Part shown: in pieces, positions 43,386-55,066 of the stretch
Position numbering within the stretch: position 1 is the first letter of the stretch
Layout of the letters: each line of letters begins with the position of its first letter
Origin: Eledone cirrhosa
Lineage: Eukaryota
Assembly: GCA_964016885.1 (NCBI GenBank)
Contig: OZ024742.1
Coordinates: forward strand, 302,560,001-302,624,000
DNA length: 64,000 nucleotides
Direction: 5' to 3'
Program-made: the position numbers and the translations under genes
The notes under the pieces: model-generated
What the model saw: only the letters and a program-made list of their open reading frames with translations
Told to the model about the DNA's origin: nothing
The model's database searches: none

Positions 43386-44927
43386 ATGATGATAATAAAA
43401 ATGTGTGTGTGTGTGTGTGTGTTCAATCATTGGATAGCATCCCTATCCCAAGCTAGCACTCTAACCATCGGTCCAAACCCCCTCCGCATGTCACGTCCGA
43501 CAAACAACAATCTTAAACATCACCCATAGCTCTAGTCATGTATGCCATTAGCCGATCTCAGCAAAACAAAAATCACTTCGTACTTATAACGACACAAATG
43601 AACTAATGAAAAACACCAAACACACATGGTTGACTAAAAGTTAAATAAACCAAATAATACTGCCGCTTATTTTAATCCTTTAGTATGACAAAACACTCAC
43701 CCATAGAAGACTTTTTCCTCCAATTTATCGCCTTCGACGTTTAGCCATCCACTAGTCAACTCCAGCCCCACAATAGGTCCGAATACATATCAAATTCATT
43801 TGGTAACTTACTTAGATAATAAGTATAACTGAAAATGAAATGTAAGATACATTTAATGTAGATGTAGCTACCAATTTATGGAATGTAGATTACGCAAAGG
43901 AGACTGCCCATTTCAGTTTATATTTAGCATATATAATTATTGCTATAAGTTCTATTCATAGATAGAAGGATAGGTGTATTTTTCTTATGAAGTTTTGAAA
44001 CATAAAAGCAATCTTATATTTTTTTGTACTAAGAGACTAATAAAGTGTTCTCAACTGTTTCTTTTCTTAGCTAGACTTTCGCCTAAAGAAAGTGTAGTTA
44101 TATCTACATTATATTTTTAATATATGGTGTGTAGAAAACTAAGTTTTGTTTAAAAGTTATTTTCAGAAAAATAAATGTAGGAATGTGTGGTAGAAAAGGG
44201 ATTTGAAATTAGTGACATACTACAGTTTTAAGTCAAACCAATGAAAATACATTTATCTTGTTCTTTTATATTTTATTTCAGCTAAGTTGATAACCGAATT
44301 ATTTGGATGATTTTAGTATCATTTAATACTCTTAAAAGGATTATCTTTAGTACGTAGTCTCAATATGCTTAATGAGATTTTGTGCGGGTTTTAAAGGCAT
44401 CTTAATACTGTTCACTTGCTGAAAAAATTTGCCATTGAGGTCGGCTTCATCAGCTTTATGTTGATATATGTCTGTTTATATGTGATATCTTTTAATATAT
44501 TTTTCTCTTGCTTAAGTATTGACGTTTTATCTTAGATACGAATAAGAGACAGAACAAAAATATAGAATGAAATAAAAAAAAAAGCAAATATAAGTAATTG
44601 AATAAGATAAGAAAACAAGAAAAAGAAAAGAATGAAATACTGTGTTAATGAACTTAGTCAAGATATAGGAATTATTCAGCTAATGTACAAAATACATTTT
44701 TGCGATAGCTTTAGATGGTAGATTGGCTATTTCGAATTCGCTTCAGTAATAATCTGACAATTGATGTATAAAAATTGTAGAATTGCTTTTTTAAGACATG
44801 AAAAGCAGCAACAAAAACAAAACAAAACAAAAACACTCCCACCCCCGAAATTTTTTGAATTCTTATTTACCAGTTACACGATGAATACATAGTAATCAGT
44901 GTATTTACAGACTGACGTCCTTTTCGA

Positions 44928-45255
44928 AGCATGACTACAGAGTTAACAAGTACGTTTCGCAATCATTAAGTCCCGGATTCGATCCCATTGCAAGTGTTAT
45001 ATACCCTGGCTGCGGGTCGAGCCATGTCTTGTGAGTGATATTGGGTAAATGGAAACTATTTGGAAGCCTCTCGGATGGAGTATGCCTTAAATTCAAAGTG
45101 CCAGCCTTGACACACCCTATCACGTCATACCCCACTGAGGATTTCCTTAAAGACACACATATCTATGGAATGCTCAGATACACGTTAATTTCATGAGTCG
45201 ACCATTCCGTTAATCGAACAACTAGGACATTTATCGTTAAAACCGACGGAGATCC
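44928..45255 (+). mobile_element. SINE family 2
   Basis: B-box-like GGATTCGATCCC; core shared with 14510-14796. Confidence 0.6.
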
Positions 45256-45346
45256 TTTTCAATGTTGTTTGTATTGTGGTGTATGATAGTAGGCAGTTGA
45301 TAAAAGCCTTGTGGTGTATGATAGTAGGCAGTTGATATATATATAT

Positions 45347-46044
45347 GGGATAACAAGTTGTCGTTTTAGGTAATCCAGTTAAAAGTTGTGAGTACTCTGT
45401 ACTATGGATAGTTTTAACGTTCGGCGTTGTTTGACTCAACAAGAGGTTTCCTTAGTTAGGTAGCAAGTTTGCGAGAATTCCCATGCAGGTTATTCTTGGG
45501 GTAATAGTAGTGAAAGAGTCAAGAATAACATGGTCGGCTGTACAAAAAGCGTTTTATTTATGCCAATTTCATGAACTCAATACACTACATATCGCCTATC
45601 ATAATCGTATTTCTTTTCATGTTATTGTTATCATTACTGTCATCACTATTTCACACATCCACTTATTGACCATTATAACTTCAACTGCCACCACCACTAC
45701 TACTATTATTAGTAACCATATTTTGGACTTAATTTTTACTTATTTTTTACATCTTTATCATTTTCATTTTTACTTTTATTATTTTACTTTTATTACTTTT
45801 ATTATTGTTTATTATCTTTTATTATTGGTATTATTGTTTTCATTCACTTGATTCTCCAGTACCATGTGTTACACCATCCAGTATTCCGATGATTTGATCA
45901 GAGACGCACTGTATTTAAGGTCGAGTGCCGCAACTTCGAGTGAACAGCGGCCTTTAGACTCACCTGATCAATGAAACAATTGTTAATACTGTAAATAAAA
46001 CCCTTTTTGTACAGCCGACCATGTTATTCTTCACTCTTTCACTA
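45347..46044. mobile_element. Fold-back element related to family B
   Basis: arms 45508-45560/45992-46044; tail homologous to 4761-4980. Confidence 0.7.
45879..45991 (+). ncRNA. Type I hammerhead (CCGAUGA) with ~80-nt stem II
   Basis: cagtatt-CCGATGA-t ttgatcag...ctgatcaa t-GAAAC-AATT-GTT-aatactg. Confidence 0.8.
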
Positions 46045-46060
46045 TATATATATATATATA

Positions 46061-46736
46061 TACGTAGGTCCCGGGTTGAGTCGGGGATAACCACAGTAAG
46101 TAAGGTACTCAATACATGGCAGAGTAAAAAATTTTTATTTTATTTTATAGAAGGAGCTTCTACAGGACTAGTACTGTTTCATTCAGATGAAATCTTCAGG
46201 AAGCTGGGTGTCATATTAAGTTCTGGTATTTATACATTTAGGTAGTAGTAAGGGAGGGGTGATGGCTGGGGGGGGGGGGGGGTAGAATGGTATTTGGATA
46301 CACAGGACCACAACATGACACAGGCCGTTTATTCTTTGGGGAGTGGTCAATTAGCCAGAGTGATTTTTTGAAATAAATAAATAAGTAAATAAATAAATAA
46401 ATGAATAGATAGATAAATGAATAAATAAATAAAGAAAATAAATAAAAAAATATCAATAAATAAAACCCCAAGAATAGTAATTCAACAGATATATAGTAGG
46501 GAAATTTTTTTAGGTGGGTTGGTAATAGAAATTAAACATTAAACAAGACCGAATCATGGCACAGACTGAGGTGAGTGGTCAAGTTAACATACAAGCCACA
46601 GGTGGCCAGAGTGTTTTTGTAGAAAGGAAAGAATATATTTACATACTCACAACCACATACAAAACCACTTACACACACATATATACACATATATACATAT
46701 ATATATATATATATGTGCATACCTACACATACACAC

Positions 46737-46777
<41 letters not shown>

Positions 46778-46918
46778 TATGTGTGTGTGTATACACATAT
46801 ATATACATATACACACACATACATATACACACACACACATACATACATACACATATATACATATATACACAAGAAAAAACACAAACACACAAATATACAC
46901 ACACACACGCATACTCAT

Positions 46919-46986
<68 letters not shown>

Positions 46987-47100
46987 ACACATACACACGT
47001 GCGCATACACATATATATGACACCCAGCTTCCTGAAGATTTCATCTGAATGAAACAGTACTAGTCCTGTAGAAGCTCCTTCTATAAAATAAAAATAAAAA
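46061..47100. mobile_element. Family E element with inverted arms ~800 bp apart
   Basis: ~46137-46216 is the reverse complement of ~47015-47095. Confidence 0.75.
47026..47076 (+). ncRNA. Type I hammerhead motif (antisense copy at 46155-46205)
   Basis: agcttc-CTGAAGA-t ttca tc tgaa t-GAAACAG tactagtc CTGTA-gaagct. Confidence 0.85.
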
Positions 47101-47112
47101 AAAAATATATAT

Positions 47113-47299
47113 AGATTAGAGCAAACATCACGAGAGCTCTATCTCAAAATTATTTTTGAAAAGCATTAGAAATGCGCAACCGGTAAAAACTTATAACTAA
47201 AACTGAATACTAACCAATACTTATAACTAATTTATACTTATTCCTAATTAAACTATTTTTCACTGGGAAAAATTTGTCAGCATTTTCTTTTCTTTTTTA

Positions 47300-47303
<4 letters not shown>
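47113..47303 (+). repeat. Solo pLTR fragment of the 21-27 kb PLE family
   Basis: near-identical to 27322-27512. Confidence 0.85.
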
Positions 47304-47364
<61 letters not shown>

Positions 47365-47367
<3 letters not shown>

Positions 47368-49169
47368 AAGAAAGAGAAAAACGATTATTAGGAAGAAAAA
47401 TATATTTTTTTCTAGTTATTCTTTTCCTTTTTGGGGGTTAGAAAATGTTTAAAACAAATTATTTTACTTTCTGTGAAGTTTCAAAGTATTAATTAATTAA
47501 TCTATTAATTAAAAATAACATTAATTAATTAATTTATTAATTAATTTATTTATTTAATAATTAACAATTGCCGGTTTCAGCATTTTATGCATTTTCAAAT
47601 TATGTGAGTGGGAGAGAAAAAAATGAATTTGTGTTTGTACAAAATGTAGAACAGAAATTAAGGTGAAGGATGTTAAAAATAATAAATACACATGCTACAC
47701 ACGACTAGAAGAATTAAAGAACACTCTTATCAGCAAAAATTATCCACCTTCCCTAATCAACAATGGATTCCAACGTGCCCTAAAATTCGACACCCAGGAA
47801 TTTAGGCACCCCAAACCAAGGAATGAACCGAAATAGAAAACTCTACCATACATCTCCACACACAACCCCCTCAACAATGAGGCATTCGACACCATCCTCC
47901 AGAACATTCCTTTACTAAAAAGAGTCCCAAGAATGATTAAAGTCCTCCAAACACACAACATCATAAAGGGCAAAAGACAACCTAAATCCATAAAAAACAT
48001 CCTCACACAAGCCGAAATCCAGCCAACCCTCACAATGAACCCTACAGTAAGAAAATGCGGAAGACCCAACTCTGGTTTATGCATAAATCTAATAGAAGAT
48101 TCAACATTCCACTTTAAACAAGGACAACATTTCACAGTTAAATACAACTTTACATGTGCATCTGTAAACCTAATCTATGTTTTGACCTGCTCAGGTTGTT
48201 GAGAGCACTACATAGGGCAGACAAAAAACACCCTCCTACAACGTATGACCGCCCATAGATCACAAATCAAAATACAGGAATACAGAAAGATTGCTCTTAG
48301 TGAACATATCGCCGCCAACAGTGCATGCACCTGACCAACTACCAAACTTTAGAATTTTCCCCATCTACAAATTCATAGACAACGCTTCTTTCATCCAACG
48401 CACTAATAAGGAAACGTACTTCATTAACAAATTCCAACCCCTTCTAAATGAACTAAACTGAAACTAGAATGAACAGTGAACCCTAGAGTCACCCATAAGC
48501 GACTATTTTACTTCTATTTTTACGCTACCCATATCTCGAATTTCTGTGTCCTCTAAGGAGTTACCTCCCTTACACCCTGCCTATTTTTTTTCTTAAATAA
48601 ATGAATTACCCCTCTCCTCTCTTTCTCCTACACTACCATCCCACCCTGAATTACCTCCCCCTGCATATTAATTCTCTAAAAAGGGAAACACATCCAGTCC
48701 CGGGCGGCTATTTGCCTCCTTAAAGAAGGAACGTTTTCAAGCAATTTCGCCTAAAAACAATGTTTGCACTACTTTTCTTCAAAAACCATGTTTGTAAATA
48801 ATATTATTTCCACTTTCCCATTACCTCCATTACTTCCACTAACATGTTTAACATCACCTTAATTTCTGTTCTACATTTTGTACAAACACAAATTCTTTTT
48901 TTTTCTCTTCCATTTACATAATTTGAAAATGCATAAAATACTGAAACCGGTAATTGTTAATTATTAAATAAATAAAAAAATAAATAAATTAATGTTATTG
49001 TTAATTAATAAATAAATACTTTGACACTTCACAGAAAGTAAAATAATTTGTTTTAAACATTTTCTAACCCCGTAAAAGAAAAAAATAACGGAAAAAAAAT
49101 ATTTTTCTTCCTAATAATCGTTTTTTTCTCTCTCTATATATATTCCAACTCGTGTGTTCCTTCTCCACA

Positions 49170-49172
<3 letters not shown>
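47365..49172 (+). mobile_element. 5'-truncated PLE (relative of the 21-27 kb element) with inverted pLTR
   Basis: 47690-48460 encodes linker + GIY-YIG (NLIYVLTCSGC..HYIGQT); ~47370-47680 is inverted at ~48850-49135. Confidence 0.88.
48918..48957 (+). ncRNA. Hammerhead variant with U3-A8 core (antisense copy at 47564-47603)
   Basis: ataat-TTGAAAA-t gca taaaa t(a/g)c t-GAAA-CCGG-TA-attgt. Confidence 0.65.
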
Positions 49173-49212
<40 letters not shown>

Positions 49213-49663
49213 GGTCTAATCGGACGTATTTTGCTCGCTCCCAGTAAGTCGCTTTATTTGCCTGTTAAAATTATATGTTGTTAAATATTTCTTGTTGTAT
49301 AAGGGATATAAGCCCTTTGACTTTGCCCTGTGAAGGGGAAAGTATAATATTTGGGCCTTTTTGCCCAAATATTTGAACTTATTTTTTTACATGTTAAAAA
49401 AATTTACGGAAGCCACGCCCCCCCCCCCCCCCAGCGATATGTCTGCTGTCGTGCCGCAACGACGTAGAGGTTGAGAGGAGCGCTCCAGCGAAATTAGCAC
49501 AAATTGATAACACAAACACCACCACAAACAAGGTAAACAAAGATACTAATGATACCAATGAGAACTCTAATTTTGAAAAAAATGACAGTAACAGCGACAA
49601 CGAAAATACAGATAACAAAAAAAACAAAAAAACAAATACAACAACAATATCAACACCACTAAC

Positions 49664-51299
49664 ATGAAAACAAATAGCGACAACACCAACAGCAACAATA
49701 CCAACTGCACCGAGAACAACGGTGGCAACAAAGACAACAATGATAACAGCGACAGTGATAACAACAACACCAACAAGAACAACGACAACAACAGCCCCCC
49801 CCCCAACGATAACAAGAAGAACACTTTCGCTGCAGCAGCAGCAGCAAAAAAGAGACCATGCTTCAACATGGACCTCTCAAACAAAGATGAAAAGTTGGCC
49901 CAGGCATGGAAGCTCATCAAGCAAGAGCAAACCTGGGCCAACTTAACTGTCCCGGTAGAAGCTATTGAGGCAGTGGAGCGCAGAACGGTGCATTATAGAT
50001 ACATCTCAGCACAAACCAAAAGGGCAGCTTTAATCCCACAAGAAGATGTCGAAGTCGCGCTGAGGTGCATCAGAGAAGACACCGAATACATAGAGAGGAG
50101 CAGACAGTACGGCACCATTTCGGTGTTGTTAAAGTCAGAAGCCCTCGCTATGAAACACGCTATGAGTCCTTGCAAAACCAACAAGGTCATAATGTACCCC
50201 TCCCACATGGGAAAAAGAACAGCCCGTCTCCGCATTCCCAGAATCCCACCAGGACTTGACATGTGGTGGCTTCTGGGATGTGTGATTGTGGAGGGGACGG
50301 ATACCGTCCCTATAGAAGTGACAAGAACGGCCAGAGAGGACTGGTCCGGGGTTGACCTGGAGATCCTTCTCCAGATCAGACCCGAGAATGTGAAGACAAT
50401 CCCGGACCACATCCGCCTTCAGAATGGGACGGTCATTCACATTATGACCGAAGGCAAAAGGCCACAGTGTTTTGTTAGTGGGGAAAAAAACCCATTTGCG
50501 AGCCTTCTGCCCTCAACTGCTGAAAGAGGCAAGGGGTCGAAAGGCTCCACTGCTGCCGACGCCGGGGCAAGGACCACAACCAACACCAGCACCGGCAAAA
50601 CCACCAACAACAACACCAATAGAAAGACCACCACCAACATTGACCACCCAGGGGGGAAACGAGGAAAGCTGTTAAATTCCCCCTCTCCCCCAAAATACAC
50701 ACACCAATAAAACCATAAACATACATACAGACACACTTACAGACACAGACCCCTCATCTACCAGTAGTGAAGATGAGGGAAAACCAAAATCCCCCAAAAT
50801 ATAAAAAAGGAAACACAAAAAGAAAAAAAAAACTTAACAAAGCACAAAATCACCCACAATAAAAAACGCAGACACCACCCACGCAAACATCTCTCCAATA
50901 ACACCAACATCAACACCACCATCACCATCACCAGAATCCACCAAACGCAAACAACCTAAACAGACGCAAGAACAAATATACACACAAACATCTGAAACCA
51001 CAGACACCGCACTCACAACAAAAACCACCAAAACAACACCACCAAAACCATCACCACCACAGCCACGCAAACAAATAAAATCACACCAACAAAACATACA
51101 AAACTTCGTGCTCGTCAGGAGTGCCAACAAGGAACTGATGGCCCTCGTAGCACGAAGTGAAAATATACAAAAAGAGGGGGAAATTTTTAAATCGAGCACA
51201 TTTCGCGTGCCGGAAGATTTGGTTCTGGTGCGAATGTCGATCGATTATACAAAGAAATACGAGACAGCTTTCCTCGGGACGTGGGAACCCCGAAAGTAA
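49664..51299 (+). pseudogene. Tx1-like ORF1 remnant
   Basis: Asn-rich N-terminus, TFAAAA, EGKRPQCF knuckle remnant; position upstream of ORF2. Confidence 0.6.
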
Positions 51300-51429
51300 A
51301 ACCAACTTCAAGACTTTTAAAGGGGTTCCCAAAAGAAACCCCACCAAATATGGAGGTCGAACAACCCGACCTTCACAAGAGCCCGGAAGGTAAGTAAACC
51401 TTTCCTCTCTCTCTTTTTAACCTGCCAAC

Positions 51430-53187
51430 ATGGCCGTATTAAGAGTAGGATGTTTAAATGTTCGAGGCCTGGGATCGTCCTGGAAGCAGGGTCACCTGCT
51501 CAATGAACTCAGGTCTCTAGAAATGGATCTAATTGCCGTCAGCGAGACCAGGATTTCCGACACGCGCACACTAGCCTCCATTTTCGACGACTATCAGATC
51601 TTTGCATCTGTTAGCCGGCCGGAAATGGGAGGCGGGGTGGCAGTGCTATTTAGGAAAGGCTTGGATCTCGAGGTAAGGTCGATCTTCCGGAACCAGGACG
51701 GGAAGTTGGTGGTCCTGGACGTGAACAATAACGAGGGTGGTGCCTTTAGACTGGTGGCCGTCTATGCTCCTACTGGGGCAGGACGGCCGGACTTCTTTAG
51801 ACCTCTGGAAGCCTTTCTGGGCACGTCTTTCTCTTTACTGTTAGCGGGGGACTGGAATGGCATCTTAGACGCACGCTGGGACTGTGTGGGAGTATCCGAT
51901 AGGAGCGGGGGTTGCAAAAGCCTCAAGAACCTGATCAGCCAGTTCCAAATGTCTGACAGCTATCGACTAGATTTCCCTAACGCGCCAGTGTGGACCTGGG
52001 CTAACCGCATAGGGTCATCTAGATCGTATATAGACAGGATATTCATTAGGAAAATAGACAGAAATAGTGTAAGCTGTCCACGTTTTGAAACAGTCGCCTA
52101 TTCAGATCACAAGTTTGTGATCTGTATGGTCGACCTAGATAAGACGCGTAGGTTAGGACCTGGTTACTGGAAGCTAAACATGTCATTTCCGGCACGTAAG
52201 GTTTACAGGGACCAGGTCAACAATTTAGTTAAGAAAAAGTTGACAGGGGGAGTCGTCAACAATAGATGGTGGTGGTGGTGGTGGTGGTGGGGGGGGGGTC
52301 TCAAAAGAGAGATTAGAGTAATGCCGATAGAGTTTAGCAAAGAAGTAGTGTCAGAGAAAAATAGAAAGGAGGGGGAGTTGGTAGATAAGTTAGACGAGGC
52401 TATTGGTAGTGGCATTGCAACTGACGTGCTAGCGGCGAGAATGGCATTAGACCATTTCTTCAATGCGAAACACGAAGGTTGCATTGTCAGACCTAAGGCG
52501 CTGTTCGATGGGCCCGCGTGACAGAGGCGCAGCGTGGTAATAAAACCACGATTCGGTCTTTGACAGACCGAGACAGACACGAACTGAGCGATTCCGAGAG
52601 GATGTGTGAGACCTTTCGCCAACATTTAGCTCGGTTGTTCGGGGTAAGTGGCGGGTCAGAGATGGTGGCGGACTTCAGTACCTACCTCGATGGCTTGCCG
52701 CAACTCGCGACGGCTGACGCTAGGCGCTGCGAAAGGCCAATTACTTCAGCCGAGATGCCCTTGTCAGGATGCCCTTGTCGGCTGCATGAGGCGCAAGTCA
52801 CCCGGTTTGGATGGTCTGCCCTACGAGCTTTACGTAAATATGCCAGACTTGTTCTCCAATCTCCTCGAAGCCCTCTACAGCAACTGGCAGCAAAACGGGA
52901 GTATTCCCAGTTCTGTGAGCCGGGGTGTAGTGACGCTGATAAAGAAAGACTAGAACAAGAGGGACACATTAAACAATTTCAGGCCCATAAATCTGCTCAA
53001 CACAGAGTTTAAGATTTTGGCCAGGCTGTTAGCGAAGAGGTTGGCGCTTGTCGGAGATTTGGTTAGGGAGGCGCAAACTTGCGCAATCCCAACCAGGTCC
53101 ATACACGACAACCTCCACCTAATGCGATACATCATAGAGAGGGTAGGGTATAAACCTGGCTTCGGTGTGGCTCTGATCAATTTAGAT
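51430..53187 (+). pseudogene. Tx1-like ORF2 5' part (APE + RT N-terminus)
   Basis: LNVRGL, SET, GGGVA, VYAP, GDWN, YIDR, SDH, GYWKLN, KSPGLDGLPYE, FRPINLLN. Confidence 0.9.
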
Positions 53188-53612
53188 TGTAGTAACTATG
53201 GCGACAGTGTGTTGACTATAGCAACGCAGTGTCGCTACCTGTGGGTAACACAAAAAAATAGCGAATTACTTCCCTTATCTCGGCGTTCTCTGAAAGAAGA
53301 GACGCCAATGTAAAACTCAAGAGATTTGGTTTTTTATTCCAGTCACCTTTGTCCTGCCACGTGGACGTACTTTGTGAAAACGCCTGTTTTTGACCAAGAG
53401 ATTTTCATATCTCTTCTTGAATGTAAGAATTAAGCCATTGCCGTTTAGCTTGCAGGGTATGTCCTGTGAATGTAATTATTATGTTGTGTTTTATTAAATG
53501 TATCATTTAATAAAAAGATTAGCCTTGTTATCGTTAAAGCCCTTCTGTTTTAATTAATAATCTTAGAGAGATGAGATGTTCACACACCTGGACGATATAT
53601 CATTTTTCTTTA
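53188..53612 (+). repeat. 5' LTR
   Basis: direct repeat of 58660-59087; begins TG, ends TA. Confidence 0.93.
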
Positions 53613-53613
53613 T

Positions 53614-53626
53614 TGGTGACCCCGAC
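53614..53626 (+). promoter_or_regulatory. Primer binding site (tRNA-Trp)
   Basis: TGGTGACCCCGAC one base after the LTR end. Confidence 0.85.
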
Positions 53627-54271
53627 TAAGAACAACTTTTAAAATTCTTCTGTGTTTAAAATTCTTCTGTATTGCTGAATTGTATCTCCTTCTGACCTGC
53701 CTTGCAAGCATAGTTAGATACAAACAAAAAAATTTATCACAACTCAACAAGCGTTTTATCAACAATGATATTTATTTTATGTACAAAGTGTGCGACGCTG
53801 CACATATATATATGGAATTCAGGCCCGTTGTTGTTTGGTATCTTGTCTTTGAGTGAACAATATTTTTCCTCTTGCATCAACTTCTCTCTTTAAAAAAAAA
53901 AAAAAAATAAAAAAAAAAAGGATTTCTCTGGATATAAAATTTTGCTTTCAATCTTCTGTTAAAATTACAAATGGAGACTCAAAACTTTGTTTTCCAGCGT
54001 ACATCTTGTCTTCTTCAATCCCAGCCCTCTGATTGGCTGCATCGTGCCACATGACGGCTTCTTCATCACAAACACATTTTTCAATCAGCCATCTTGGGAT
54101 TTTCATGGAAAATAATTTTTTTTTATTATTCAAATTTAATTTTGGCCGGCGAGAATTTTCAGAAGGAATTTCAGTTGAATTCGCGTGAATAAGATTTTGG
54201 ATTCCAGTGTCACTTTTTGGTCGCATAGCTGCTTCGAAGAAATAATTTGGCCTTAAAAATTCATCAAATCT

Positions 54272-55066
54272 TTGGGCATCATGAATTCACATCATTTGCC
54301 GATATTTGCGGGCGATATTAAACTATGGTTTTCGCAGCTCGAGTGCTATTTCTATTTGACCCACACCAAAGAACAGCATAAATTGAAGGTGCTTATTAAT
54401 GGCCTGCCTGTTTCTTTGGCATATTCCGTAAAGGATGTTGTAACGAATTTAGCTGAAGACGTAACCTATAGCTCATTAAAACTAGAAATTCTTCGTAGGA
54501 ATACTAAGTCTGTGGAGAGCCGTTTTCGGGAATTATTGGAGGATGCACAGATGGGTGAGAGAACGCCAACCTCCTATTTGCGGCATCTACGTGAGCTGAG
54601 CGACTCCCAAGGAATTGATACATCCTTCATTAAACAGTTGTTTTTCTCTCGTTTGCCGCCGAGTGCACAGATGGTTCTAGTGAATACTTTGGAGAGAGAT
54701 TCTTTGGATCAGATCGCTGCATCTGCCGATAAAATCCTAGAATTGGATTTAAAGGGCAGCCTGCATAATCCTTGTGTTGCTTCTTCTTCCGTTCCCCTGC
54801 ACAAATCGTCTTTAGCCGAGGAAAAACTGCTGGAAGCAATCGAAGCGCTGACCAGGAAAGTGGATGTTTTGACTGTCAAAAACAGAGAGCCATCCCAACG
54901 TCTGAGGTATCGTTCGCCCCCGTCTGCTGTTCCTCGCCGCCACTACACTACATGTAGTAGTAATCCTCAACGTTGTTAGTATCATGCAAACTTTGGTAAA
55001 CGGGCGCAGCGCTGTCGGGCGCCTTGTAACTATAGGAGTTCGGAAAACACCAATCAGAGCCACTAG
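54272..55066 (+). pseudogene. gag: Gypsy gag
   Basis: LWFSQLE..F, LEDAQMGERTPTSYLRHL, C*YHANFGKRAQRCRAPC (internal stop); GGAAAAC putative slippery site near 55042. Confidence 0.85.

Noticed and set aside
48198-48203. In-frame TGA in a GIY-YIG domain as possible selenocysteine (as in Naiad PLEs)
   Set aside because: Aligns to CGA (Arg) in the paralogue at ~25890, so it is a CpG transition and not a Cys position.
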